A stretch of 64,000 nucleotides of DNA. Source: Octopus vulgaris. Taxonomy: Eukaryota. Position numbers and translations under genes: made by a program. The stretch covers positions 6,882,001-6,946,000 of the forward strand of contig OX597822.1 of the NCBI GenBank assembly GCA_951406725.2. Reading direction: 5' to 3'. The first letter of the stretch is position 1, and each line of letters begins with the position of its first letter. This document shows, piece by piece, positions 13,200 through 26,089 of the stretch. Under the pieces are notes generated by a model. It worked only from the letters and a program-made list of their open reading frames with translations, ran no database searches and was not told where the DNA came from.

Positions 13200-13665
13200 T
13201 TTGGGCGGGGTTTAGCGGTTTGTGCCCATGGGTACAAACTGTTAAATCCTAAATATAATAATGGAGCAGATGAGATATTAGATTATGTGAAGATGAATTT
13301 AAAAATCGCAATGCCAATCACTTAGCCTCCTTCCGACATAAAGACAAAAGTAAATCTACTAGGTTGTCTAGCTACGTATGGAATTTGAAAGATAATGGAA
13401 GACCACATGTTGTTAAGTGGAAGATAATTGAGAAGTCAATACCATATGTTAATGGATCGAATAAATGTAGACTTTCTTTAACGGAAACAGCGCAGATCCT
13501 GTTCAGATGTAAGATACCTAACTCTCTACAGAAATCTAGGTCAGAAATGTTCCGGGGTTGCAAGCATATGTATAAATATATTTCACAGAATTGGAAACTT
13601 TCGCCTATTCCTGACTGCCTGACTGAATTGTTGATATCTTACCAGCCTTATAATAAGGTCTAAGG
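13200..13665 (+). pseudogene. PLE GIY-YIG C-terminal remnant
   Basis: NHLASFRHKDKSKSTRLSSYVWNLKD...KWKIIEKSIPY...KCRLSLTE...SRSEMFRGCKH, homologous to 10592-10825. Confidence 0.85.
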
Positions 13666-13837
13666 AGGATAGCTCTTTTACTTATTTACATTTATTTGCG
13701 TGTTTTCGTTTTCCGTTATTCCTGTTCTGATTTTTACTTTCTACGTCTTCTATATGCTGCCTTCTCAGTTATTTTCTCCCCGTATTCAGTGTTTTTAGTT
13801 CACTATGAAATGTGGTCTGGCCTGTAGAATATGTTTA

Positions 13838-13943
<106 letters not shown>

Positions 13944-13959
13944 AGAACATATTCCAAAT

Positions 13960-15120
13960 ACTTATGGTAAATAATCGTATGCGAAATTCTTTATTCCAGG
14001 ACAATTGCGCGTTGAATCAAGGACGCGAACTCCTAAATTCCTGCAGGCACGGAACACAATTTAAAATGTCAGCCGACAAAATACCATATGGATATTATAT
14101 ATTTTTTTGAATCTTGAAATGGTTTACAATGCCACTGTTGAATTCGTGTTTTGTAGTGTACGGTTGTTTCGCATCGCAACGACATTGAATGTATTTCGAT
14201 GTGTTCTTTAAGAAAACTTTCGACTGTTATATATATTATTTTCAAGTTTAAGCTTTTATTATTTATTTTTATATTATTGTATTTTTACGAACCTATTTAA
14301 TTGTTATATTCATAGATAATTCTATGCATGATGCTGGATGTTGAAAATATTTTTTATCCGATTTTTATTTTTATATACACTGAGCAATTTGTTTAAAAGT
14401 CGTTTGTATATATACGTTGGGATCTAGATGTGTTTTTATGTTTACGTGTCTATTGTAAGCATGCATATGTATGTTTAGTGTGCGTCTGTGTATGTGTGTA
14501 CGTATACGTGTATGCTTATATTTACGTACATACTACATGTGTATAAGCGTATACACTTATTCTTTTCTGAATATGTATTTATGTACATATTTATGTATAT
14601 TTATATACGTAATTACATATGTGTATTTGTATGCTAATATATACTTATGTATTGCTAGCGTCCTTAGCACACTCCATTTTTCTTTTCTTTTTCTCTTTTT
14701 TCTCTTTTTATTGCTAGTTTTTACGTTTCTGTATCTGTTTCTTTTTCAATTTCTTTTTTTCTCTCTCTCCTCCCGCTGCTTAAGGGATACTTCCCATTTC
14801 TCTCATCTGTAATAATTGACCTGTATATGTATTCAAGTGTGTTTTGTGCGCGTGCATTTATGCGTGTATATATGTATATGTGTATTTGTTTATATAATTA
14901 TGTCTTGCATCTAGATGTCTATATGTGTATATTACTATGTACATGCATCTGTGTATTTTGGTGTATATATATATATATATATATATCTATTATAGATTGT
15001 CTAGTATGCGTATATACTGCTGAAAAGATATGCAATACAGCGTGAAAAGTTTTAATTTTAATGTATAAATTGACTTATATTTCGTTTACGATTATTCACC
15101 TTCGATTTCAGGTTTTTTGT
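13960..15120 (+). mobile_element. Extreme 3' end of a PLE ORF (LNQGRELLNSCRH) plus T/G-rich 3' region
   Basis: LNxRxELxxxCRH is the terminal motif of this endonuclease family. A decayed ctgaaaag..gcgtGAAA occurs near 15020-15047. Confidence 0.5.
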
Positions 15121-15414
15121 GATTTTACAGTAGGATGAATTTATTCTGAGTGTATTTTGTTCATTGCATGCTTATGACCGTTAGTTGAAAGGACCAATTA
15201 AACAACACCATTTTCAAAGGTTTTTGTTATATTTCTGCTTCATTTAAATAAAGCATATTACTCTACCTCTGGTATATGAGTGCCCTTTTTTCCACCTTGT
15301 TTTACATTTATGTGCTTACTCTGGTGTAATCCATTCCTTTTTTGGAAAGTTTGAGCGACTCTACACAAGTAGGAAGAAGAAACAACTGAAAGAGATGGAC
15401 CCTTACTACCCATT

Positions 15415-16860
15415 GGATAACATCACAGATACATACAAAAAAGGAAATACAAATTTATACCAAACGGTGAATTCGGAGGCAAGAAGAATAGCTAACAATC
15501 TTAAAATTAGTGATAGGATAGAATATCTCCCAACTTACCACCCTTTTATTACCCTAAGAGACCATAAATCTAATTTTAATAGAAGCCCTAAATGTAGATT
15601 CATTAATCCGGCTAAAACTGAGATAGATATTATTAGCAAATATATTTTAGATCGTATTTTATCTAAGTTAAATAGCAAATTAAATTTATGGATTTGGATA
15701 AAAAACAGTAAGTCAGTAATAGATAGGTTTCAAGGGATTGGCCATAAGCATTAGAGCAAATTTACACAGTTTGATATTACCCGTCAATATCCAGGCCTTT
15801 TCTTCTAAAAGCATTAGATTTCACCAAGCAGTATGTCATTATCGATGACTCGGAAATCGATATCATACATGTGAGGAAATCCCTTATTTTTTTTTTCGAG
15901 GATTCTACCCGGGTCAAAAAGAGTGACGATTCTCTGTTCGATGTACCAATGGGGGCATGCGACAGGGCTTAGTTATGAGTGCTCGTAGGAGCTTATATTT
16001 TGCATATTCTATATCTAGAATTCCCGTTTATAGACACAGGATTATATAGGGATGACGGCCGTACAGTTATGGATTACGATAGATAGTAGTCTTAAAAGTG
16101 TAGATTTCTTAGATATAAATTTAGATTTACAGTTAGATAGTTAGATAGATTCAAACCTTACCGTATGTCTAATGAAAAGATGTCTTATATTAGCAAATAA
16201 TTTACTCATCGATCAGCTATTATTCGGAACCTAATTAGTAATGTAGGTAGACGAATATCATCAATTTCTTCGGATGAGACAGCATTTCAAAATGATGCAC
16301 CCTATTAAATAACGCATTAAGGAATAGTGGATTCTCTGAGAAAATCCTGCACAACCAAGTTAATGCTAGCAGTAATATCACACGTAGAAGTAGAACTAGG
16401 AGGGTTTTGTGGTTCAACACTGGGTTTAATATGGCCGTATAAACTAATGTAGGTGGGGAATTCTTAAAATTAATCTCTAAACATTTTCAACTTAACCATA
16501 AGTTTTATAGAATATTTAACAGAAGAAAGGTGAAGATTAGTTATTCTTGTAAAATCTTCGCCTCTTTCATTTTCCGACACAAGAATAATTACAAATAACC
16601 ACAGTACAGATTCTAATCCGAAGAATTACAATTTCAAAGATGAGACCTCTTGTCGGTTGGAAGGAAAAGGTTTGGAGAAAGGGATTGTGTCTCAGGCCAA
16701 AGTACAAATAGAAAGCTCACATAAATATAAAACATAAACAGGGGCTTCAGAAAATTCTTTCAAAACAAGTTTTTATTCCCATAGAAATTCCTTCTTTTAC
16801 CCCTAAAATAGAACAAAGACCAGTCCGGCAAAATATGTCTGGAAGTTGAAAGTAAATGCT
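15415..16860 (+). pseudogene. Decayed PLE reverse transcriptase plus GIY-YIG (Hydra-like clade, inference)
   Basis: FITLRDHKSNF...PKCRFINPAKTE...ISKYILD; FTQFDI; FDVPMGACD; GLYRDDG; VDFLDINLDL; VLWFN; KVKISYSC; GIVSQAKV; KYVWKLK. Many stops and frameshifts. Confidence 0.9.
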
Positions 16861-17053
16861 TGCTAAATTACGTCCTTTCAATTTGCATCCACTGTTTTCT
16901 TTGAAAATGTATGTGTCTATGCTTCTGCATGTTCGTCTGATGTACCTTGCATAACTTTAAGTCATGCGCTGTAAAAGTTTGTCGTTCTATGTCTCTATCT
17001 GCGTTCATTTTCATCCATTTTCTATTCATTTTCCATGGCCTATATTTAGCCAA

Positions 17054-17104
<51 letters not shown>

Positions 17105-18044
17105 TGTATATTTATATATATGCATATACATACATATAATGAGGGTGAAACATTTTGAGAACCTTTCTTAATGGTAAGACCATAGCGGACCTGCTTCTAG
17201 CATAAGTGCTGTCCATGTTGTGGTCATCCCTTTTATATATATATATATATATATATAATATGTATATGCACACAGAATTTGAATTTATGTGTGTGTGTAA
17301 GGAAAGGGAGCTTATGTGCCTGTGCAAATGTATGGTAATAAATATATGTATGGCATTTATTGTATGTTTATTTCGTGCATATGCATATTTAGATATAAAC
17401 ATCATATTGATGCGTTGCTGTAGGTATGTGCATTTGTGTCTAACATGTTAAAGAAAGAGCAGTAAATGATAGTCAACATTTCTAGTGGTCATACGAGCAT
17501 CCAATTTTGTTCACTACCTGTAATATAAAGCTCCCTCATATAACTGCATACAGTTGTAATATTACCAGCTACTACACCTTGAAAATCCAGTTTGACAGGA
17601 GGAAGAAACAAAGCAAGGAGCATAGCCGATGACCTTAAACCTTCAATGACTCTTTCTCTAAGCGCAGAGTATGATTCAGGAACACTGAAATATGATAAGT
17701 TTCATGCCAAACTTCAGAAGGTTGTTTTCACCTGGTGATGACAAAAGCTAAGTGAAATGTGACATGATATATACCCTGATTAATGTAATTATGCAAGGTG
17801 GGAACCATTCTACACGTTTCTATTTTCGTCTTATTATCTTCGAAGTGAGTTCTTGAATTCAATGTGCTTATACATCAAGGTGAGTTTGGAAGGGCGAAAT
17901 AAGGAGATATTGCCCATTAAGCAATCTCCTAAACTCAGTATCAAATTCACTTCAAACTAACGATATGTCATGACACCCTGTCATCATCCAGAGATAAAAG
18001 ACTCAGCACAATTATTATAATTTTGCCAAATTGACGGAGATTCT

Positions 18045-18443
18045 TTTATTCTTTTGTTCTTTTGTTCTTTTGTTCTTTTACTTGTGTCAGTCATCAGACT
18101 GCAGCCATGCTGGGGCACCGCCTTCAGTGATTTAAATGAATCGATTCCAGTATTTCTTTCCATTTTTTAAACCTGCTACTTATGATACTAAACTCTTTGA
18201 CCGAACAGCTAAGTTATGGCGAAATAAACACACCAACACCGGTTTTCAAGTGGTGGTGGAGATAAAGACACACACAAACTCACATATAAATATGTATTTA
18301 TACTACGAGCGTCTTTCATTTTCTATCTACCAAATTCCCTCACAGGGCTTAAGTTAGCCGGAACTTGTGCGACACAGTGGGGCTGAATCCGGAACCATGT
18401 GGTTGGGAAGTAGCCTTCTTACCACTCAGCCACTCCTGCACCT
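18045..18443 (-). mobile_element. tRNA-derived SINE family A (diverged copy)
   Basis: Minus-strand head AGGTGCAGGAGTGGCTGAGTGGTAAG...GGTTCCGGATTCAGCCCC and tail GGCGGTGCCCCAGCATGG...CAAGTAAAAGA. Confidence 0.85.
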
Positions 18444-18624
18444 ATAAGATATGTTTAAAGAAATTACGACTTAAAAGTTCATGAATCTCTCTATGAATGT
18501 GTTTACGTTTGTATGATGGAGATGACTATGTGAACTGGAAACATGTTGTAGCTTCAATTAGTGCATGTAAATATGTTTCTTTGTGTATACCTACCTACTA
18601 CCTACCTGCCTACTTACATAGGAT

Positions 18625-18935
18625 AACGAAAACCATTCGGTCATGATTGGCCATAGAAATTTTCCTGGAAGTCCGGGCAAAATTGTTTATGGAAGACTAG
18701 AAGTCACCCATGCATACCAGCGTTCCCTCTTCACGCCACCGATGTTATCCAGGGGAAAGGCAAACGCCGATGCAGCTTGGCACCAGTGACTTCGTAACTA
18801 ATGTCTAGACCTGAGTGAACTAGGGCAGTGTGAAATAAAGTGTCTTGCTCAAGAACACAACAAACATCCTTGTCCAGGATTAGAAGTCATTATCTTCTGA
18901 TTGTGATCCCGACACTGTAACCACGGAGACATGCA
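18625..18935 (-). mobile_element. Decayed tRNA-derived SINE family C
   Basis: Minus strand starts with a tRNA-like head (ccgtggttacagtgtcgggatcacaatc), then TTGAGCAAGACACTTTATTTCAC, a V/Meta-SINE-like central motif. A weaker relative lies at ~5820-5950. Confidence 0.55.
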
Positions 18936-19015
18936 CCTTCACCTACCTACCTACCTGCCTACGTACGTACATACCTACCTACCTACCTACCTACCTACCT
19001 ACCTACCTACATACA

Positions 19016-19049
<34 letters not shown>

Positions 19050-19102
19050 CCTACCTCCCTACATAAATACTTACCTACCTACCTACCTACCTCCCTACAT
19101 AC

Positions 19103-19135
<33 letters not shown>

Positions 19136-19489
19136 CCTACCTACCTACATACATACACATACATGCATACATACATAGATACATACATACATACAAACGC
19201 ACTTGCCTGCCTGCCTACCTAACTACGTATATACGTTTCACACACATATATATATATACATACACATATACACTCGAATGTACATATATATCTATGCACT
19301 AGTCTGTACATTTGTGTGTGTTGCTGCTTATTCTCGTCAAACCCTGAAAACAGGCTGATGGTCAACTAACAGTGTGTAGACATACAAGACTGGTTGTAAT
19401 TCCGATATCTTTGCGAAACACTTGAACAATTGTATTCGAAGAAACTCCGACAGACTAGTTTCCTATGTACGACATTTGTCGAGTTTAAT

Positions 19490-19672
19490 ATTGGTTTCAG
19501 ATTTTGGCTCAAGACCAGCAATGTCGGTGGTGGGGGTGGATAAGTCGATTACATCGACCCCAGTACTCAACTGGTACTTATTGTATCGACCCCGAATTGA
19601 TAAACGGCAAAGTCGACCTGGTGAAATTTTAACTCAGAACGTCAAGACTGACGAAATGCCGCCAAGCATTTT
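19490..19672 (-). mobile_element. SINE family B fragment
   Basis: Reverse complement of the family B core (GTCGACTTTGCC...CGGGGTCGATA..AAGTACCAG...CTGGGGTCGATGTAATCGAC). Confidence 0.8.
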
Positions 19673-20370
19673 GTTTTGTGGAACTAATATTGGACACCCA
19701 TATCAAATGAGATTTGGCTGCTATTTCTACCCGGTATTTCAACCACGTAACTATTTACGCTTCACCTTGTTTACGTAGAAACTTGTGATATGTGGTGACG
19801 TATATGTCTGATGCTATTTGTCTTGAATCGTTATGTCTAAATATGCTTCAACGTCAATGTGCCAGTATCTTGATGTTTATTGATGTTGATCTGTTACATA
19901 ATGGGGAATTCTGAATGAGGCGAGGGAAGCGGAATAAAGTATGGCTGGTTCTTATTCATGAGCTATGAACAGATAAAACAGTCCTATTATTCGCTTTGCT
20001 ATTTCGTTTCTGTGCTATGAAATATAATCGTTGCAGTAACTTCAAACATCAACTATAATTGTGTCAGCCCATATTTCGGGACTTGCCTTGAGATGTGACA
20101 TTAGCGCATGACAGAAACTTGCTTGAACAAAATAGATTTATTCTCCCTTCTAGAGTAGACACATATATCAATGAAGACATAAAATGAATGGATATTTATT
20201 GTGTTGTCCGGAGTTTTGTCATTCAGGTTATGACTAATAAACAAAAGGCATAATCCTGTACAATTACCTACGTTTCTCATACAAATATTACGTCACGCAA
20301 AATACGAAACTAAACGTATCCATGTGTGATTAACATGGCTGTTTTGCAATCATATGACACTTCCTGGAAA

Positions 20371-21311
20371 TCTATATATATAAAACTGTAGTTGTGTGAG
20401 CGTCTGTCCCCTTCGATTTAGATTCCTAACTACTCCCACATTTTGCGGTGCAGTTTAACCAAATTCGGGTATCTTATAGTCGTGATTCATATCGAGCCCG
20501 TCTGAGTATTAGCGCGCGTCTACGATGAGTCTACGATTTTAAAAATAATTTAACATCATTTTTTTATTCCATTTTAATGCATAATTTTTCGTGTGTCGAT
20601 GGCGGCGGAGTTGGCGTCCATGGTCACACCTGCACCTGTTTGCTTCTCCCCCTTCTTCCCTCCCTCGTGAAGCTGTGGGGAAGGGAGTGTAAGGAAATCA
20701 ACGTCGTAAAGCGTTGTTAAGGAGACCATNNNNNNNNNNNNNNNNNNNNNNNNNNNNNNNNNNNNNNNNNNNNNNNNNNNNNNNNNNNNNNNNNNNNNNN
20801 NNNNNNNNNNNNNNNNNNNNNNNNNNNNNAAACATTCAAACCCCGTTTCCTCATATTTTCTTCATAATCTCCAAGCATCGCCCATTTCATCGCCCTTTTT
20901 CCCTCTAACGTAACCGACATTTATTCGACATCTCGGACACCACATCACGTAAGTTCTGTCAGTTACTTCATCTAACTCTTATTTCTACACTCGTCCCCAC
21001 ATGTATAGCATTCTCTACTGCAGCCAAAACGTGCAAAATTCAACTTTGCCTTCATCAAAACGTAACAATTTATTTACTATATGTAGTAAATGAAATATCA
21101 TATAGTAATATCTCGGTTTATGATAAATACATCAAAAAGGAGAGTATTAGAAGCGAAATGGTTCGATATAAGTAGTTATCTGCAGAGAATATTATATGAC
21201 AATATACTGTGCAGATAATATGAAATTGCTTACTTAAGAATAACCTTTTAAATTTGAGGCATCGGTATAGTCGATTATATTAGCCCATTATTTGGGAAGT
21301 TTTTCATCTAG
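20371..21311 (+). mobile_element. Probable non-autonomous Helitron spanning the assembly gap
   Basis: 5' end A|TCTATATATATAAAA. Candidate 3' end is a short ccca/tggg hairpin (21284-21296) 11 nt before CTAG|T (21308-21312). Continuity across the gap cannot be verified. Confidence 0.5.
20730..20829. other. Assembly gap (100 N)
   Basis: Run of n. Confidence 1.
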
Positions 21312-22309
21312 TCAAAAATAATAAAACGCTAAGTTTGGAATGCAAAATGGCCTAAGTAAATATCGCAATAAATTGTGAGCGGCCATCTTATATTCTATGA
21401 GCTCCAGCCTATGTATTACGTCAAATTCACTACTATCACTACAATTTTGCCATAACAATTCTGTAACACTAGTTGCATTAAAATAATAGGATATTACTTT
21501 AGTGTGTTTGTTATACTGTTGATGACTTGCCACTATATGCTAATCGTCGTCATTTACTAAGCAATATACCCTCTCTGGAATAGATAACAGCAAAACTTGT
21601 CCAAAGGCAGAGGACATCTAGGAAAGATTAAACAGACTCGTCTAACTGAAAAGAAATCAAAGCACGCCCACCAGGGAAAGTCGATGATAAATCGAATTGT
21701 TTATATACCAGCATGAAGAGTTTACAAATGGTCTCCAATTCAATCGATATCTGGAGTTCAAATGGAGGATATCTGTCGTGATGTTTTCGAATACGCATTC
21801 ATAAAACAAATCATATATTTCAAACGTCTTCTTTTACTGAGAAAATTGAAGAGATTTTCATTCGTTTTGTTCCACTATTATAAAGTTACCAATTCTCACA
21901 CTAGCTTTCGGTCTAATTAATATCTTAGAGTTACATGTTTCAAATCTCTTTCTCATTATACCCATATCTACAATCTCTCATCATCCGTTAATATCAACCG
22001 TCACCTTGAAGGTGATATAAGATGGAGCTGTGTAGAATGCTGTCGTTAAATGTATTGTTTAGTCGCAAATGTATTCGCTGGATGATATCGATAAAATATC
22101 GAAACATCTAAAGTGCTGTGCCGAAGGCAGAAAGAGCTGCATTACGTTGGAACACATATAGTTGTGTGGCATCGCAAGACGCAACTTGAAATAAAAAAAA
22201 TTCAAAATGTTTTCCAGCACCGCTCGATTCAGTAATCGAACTCACAAACGTATAATCACGAGCTACCCGCCTTAACTGATAGGTCGCGTGCATTCATATA
22301 TACATATAT

Positions 22310-22342
<33 letters not shown>

Positions 22343-22371
22343 GTGTGCGTGCGTGTATATCTATCTATCTG

Positions 22372-22449
<78 letters not shown>

Positions 22450-22574
22450 TATAAATTTAAGATGAGTGTAAGAAATTTGATATTAATTTAATTAATATAA
22501 ATTTCACACCAATGGTCTAGCATATAAAAAAACTGAAGGTTCAGTAAAATTGTATTATATATATATATATATAT

Positions 22575-24065
22575 ATATGTCTGTTCCCAATGCATTCTCA
22601 AACGGCTCAACCAAATGAAATCAAATTTTATGTGATTATGGAACCCCAGCAGTGTCGACGTAATTTTAGGGGGATTAATTTACACTGCATACATACACAC
22701 ATCTACACATGCATACCTACACGTACAACCTGAACGAGCTGACATGCGTGAAGTGTCAATACGAAATTGTATTTTGATTTTCTTTAAAACCATACACATT
22801 TGCTGTTCCATTACCAGTTAATAATTATCGCAGCAGTTGCAAGGCTGCAAGGTAAAATATAAAATTCCTTGTCTCTCTGTACACGTGCTTCTATTTCGTT
22901 AATTTACACTGCATACAGGAACACATGTTACATACGGTACGTTATTAAACGCAAACACTCGCATATATATCTACAAATACACATACATATCTGATGACTT
23001 GATTTTTTTTATTAACCACACAGGGTCGAAACACAGAGGGGGCAGCACAAGGACAGACAAAACACAAAAGTGGAGGAAAAATAAAATCGAATGAAAAGAA
23101 TGGTAATGATAAACGAAAAGGTGGAATGACTCTACTCGAACCCCGCACTCCAGTTAATGTCATTGAACGCTTTTAGAAAAAAATGTTAACAGGTGTTATT
23201 TTATTTTTGTCTCTATATCCTTGATTTGTTTTGCTTGTGTTATATACTCAGCTGATGACTGACTTGCGTGAAGTACGGTCTGGTCAGTGCCAATACAAAT
23301 TTGATTTTCATTTCCATTAAAACAATACGCATTTACTGTTCCATTACCAGTTAATAATTATCGCAGTAGTTGCAAATTGCAAGGGAAGATACAAAATTCT
23401 TTGTCTCTCTGTAAAAATTATTGTGGCATTTACCGTTAAATTAGCAGCTCCATGCATATGCTATTTCGTTCATTTCCTCATATTTCGTTAATTTAAACTG
23501 CATACAAAACTACGGACATACTATATACATACAACTGCTTACAAAAATAAAGATTAATGTATATTTTTTCTATGTTCGTAATTTTCTGTTTACAATATTG
23601 AAAAAATATGCCACCAAAGAAAAGATGTAATCTCTCCAGAAACACATAAAGCGAGGGCGATTACAGAAAACCCAAGGCGAATGTCTGAACAGAGAAAGGA
23701 GATGAGACTTTCTCAAGATCAGCAGTGGATGCTGCAGCATATCAAATGGAGTCTCATGAGAGAAGAGAGATGGGACTTTCCCAAGATTAGCTAAGACATG
23801 TTGCAAAACTTAATGCTCTGTCATTAGAACAACGTTTAGCACGCCAGATCAGACAGAGATCTAATACAATAGCTCTCATAAATAGACCACATGTAAATCT
23901 CTTCTTCGCAACACCACGAGCTGCTTTTAGATATGATCCATCCCATTCTTATAAAAATGACAATTTTGTTCAAATTGTTGTGCTACATTCAAATTGTCGT
24001 TTCTGCAAGCTTTCAAATTTCCAATGAAACTAATGGCTTGTGCTAGTCAGGCGGTAAGATTACCA
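22575..24065 (+). mobile_element. Helitron 5' portion with internal direct repeats and a decayed RepHel N-terminus
   Basis: From ATG 23608: MPPKKRCNLSRNT, then ExRExRLSQD-type repeats, then RAAFRYDPSHSYKNDNFVQIVVLHSNCRFC..AFKF..ETNGLC*SGGK, the animal Helitron N-terminal zinc finger. Direct repeat ~22745-22925 vs ~23265-23505. Confidence 0.8.
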
Positions 24066-24528
24066 GGTGCATGCCATTGTATATGGGTAAATAGTTTCAT
24101 GTACAGACCTCTTTCAACAGTTCCCTTTCATGTTACCGTCTCCCATTGCAGCCCATTTCCAGAATGTACCCATTTACATACAATATCTCCATTACACCTC
24201 CATTCATTTGACTGTCAACCATATGATGGGTCGTGTTAGACACAGCACTGACCACCTCAAGGGCGAGTATATCCTCTGACAGCTTTTGCGTTAAAAAATT
24301 CCATGTACCTCACCCCCAATTTTCCATGATATGTTAAGGCCTGGAATCTTCCAAACGGACGTATTACGTGTCGATCAGTCGAATTAACCATCATTTTCTC
24401 CACTTTCCTGTATCACCTGTTTCAAAATATCTGTAATACAGATAAACCAACTATACCATTTTAATCCTTAATCAACGCATCGTATCTCTGCTTATATATA
24501 TATATATATGTATACATATATATATATA

Positions 24529-24765
24529 TATAAAATATTATTAGAGACAAAACCACTATTTTGCAAAACAAACAAGGAAAGACTTAATCAATACATAAAA
24601 TTTTAATAAATTTTATGTATTGATTAAGTCTTTCCTTGTTTGTTTTGCAAAATAGTGGTTTTGTCTCTAATAATATTTTATAATATTTTACTATAAAATT
24701 GGATTTAATCCTAAATCTGATTTTTTTCCCTGTAAATTTGGATTTATTCCCTAATATTTATTATT

Positions 24766-24770
<5 letters not shown>
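24529..24770. repeat. Perfect 75-bp palindrome plus ~88-nt tail inside (TA)n
   Basis: 24529-24603 is the exact reverse complement of 24608-24682, with a 4-nt loop TAAT. Confidence 0.95.
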
Positions 24771-24813
<43 letters not shown>

Positions 24814-25759
24814 AAACAACACACGAATCTTTGTACAAACACCATACCTGGAACCTTCCCTACGCTGGATCAGGATTTACATTGGATCGTTGGATCGTGA
24901 AGAAGCACGCCATTGTATTTGGGCATATAGCCGTTTGGTGTCGTTGATATTAAAATGTATCGATGTAAATATTTCGGCTCTGCGGATTTGCGACTATGTA
25001 AATTATATTTGAAGCTCATGCAGTCATCTGACAAAAACGGTTTCTCTGCAATGATGTAATGTTCTCATTAATCAATTAAAGGAATCGCTTGTAACGGCCG
25101 TAATGAATGTGTACCTATTTTTACTCGTTTATTCTTTATTCACCTATCCTGGAAACTGCGCTTCACAAATATTATAGAAAGCATTTTAAGATAAAGTACA
25201 TGTCTGATTAACGAAGAGAGGATCTCTTCACAAAGCAGGGTCGTATTATCTGCATACACTGAAAGAATATCAGGTGCTGGCACTTATGATTCAAGTTTGA
25301 TAAACACTGAATATTAATTGAGTGCGCACGTTACTCCAACCTAACAAAGTGCTTAAATACTTAATTTAGCTGAATCTTAATTATATTTTAATATATACCC
25401 CACTCGCAGGCATTCATACACACACATACTAAATAGAAACTGGTTTATTAACGGATTGCTAAAGCATTGATTGAACAGGGCTAATTAAGAAACCGGTCTT
25501 TCCTTATGATAAAGCGTCATTTCCTGAAACGGGTTTGATGTCACATTGTGTCACGTAATGACAGAATGTCCTGGATCCAAAAAGATGAACTCAATACTTC
25601 GTCTGACCACCGTTAGCGATGATTACCACCAGACATCTTCTGTACATTGGATGCACCAAACGATTGATGAAAGCCGTGGGGATAACAGCCTACACTGATA
25701 AATCTTGAGTTACAGTCCTATATTCAAGTGATGAGGAACTATGGACATTATATGCCCAC

Positions 25760-25820
25760 GGTCATATGGCGTAGTGGTTAAGAGAGCGGTCTACTAACCC
25801 CAAGATTCCAGGCAGTGACA

Positions 25821-25904
<84 letters not shown>

Positions 25905-26020
25905 TGATACTAATAATAATTATTATGATAATGATAATGATGAGAACCCAAGTTCGAAATTTCCCCAAGACACCTGATAAAGAAATATGAGGACAAATAT
26001 CCGTCAAACGTAAATAATAT
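25760..26020 (+). mobile_element. tRNA-headed SINE-like remnant with an internal (AAT)n tract
   Basis: A-box TGGCGTAGTGG (25767-25777), tRNA-like arm, B-box apparently deleted, (AAT)n at 25824-25941, short unique tail. Confidence 0.55.
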
Positions 26021-26089
26021 AAATAATTGCAGTGAGTTGTACCGCAGTTATCGGCCTTAAACGGATGTCATTTAGCCTTCTTTGGATTT

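Noticed and set aside
15961-15990. TGA at the expected Cys of DGAE(V/L)CELVG as selenocysteine
   Set aside because: The copy has many other stops and frameshifts, including a TAG two codons earlier. Selenoprotein PLEs are N-terminal-endonuclease Naiads, whereas this element has a C-terminal endonuclease, and I see no SECIS.
17599-17737. Possible host exon GRNKARSIADDLKPSMTLSLSAEYDSGTLKYDKFHAKLQK
   Set aside because: Short open frame with a weak acceptor, no recognisable domain and no partner exons.
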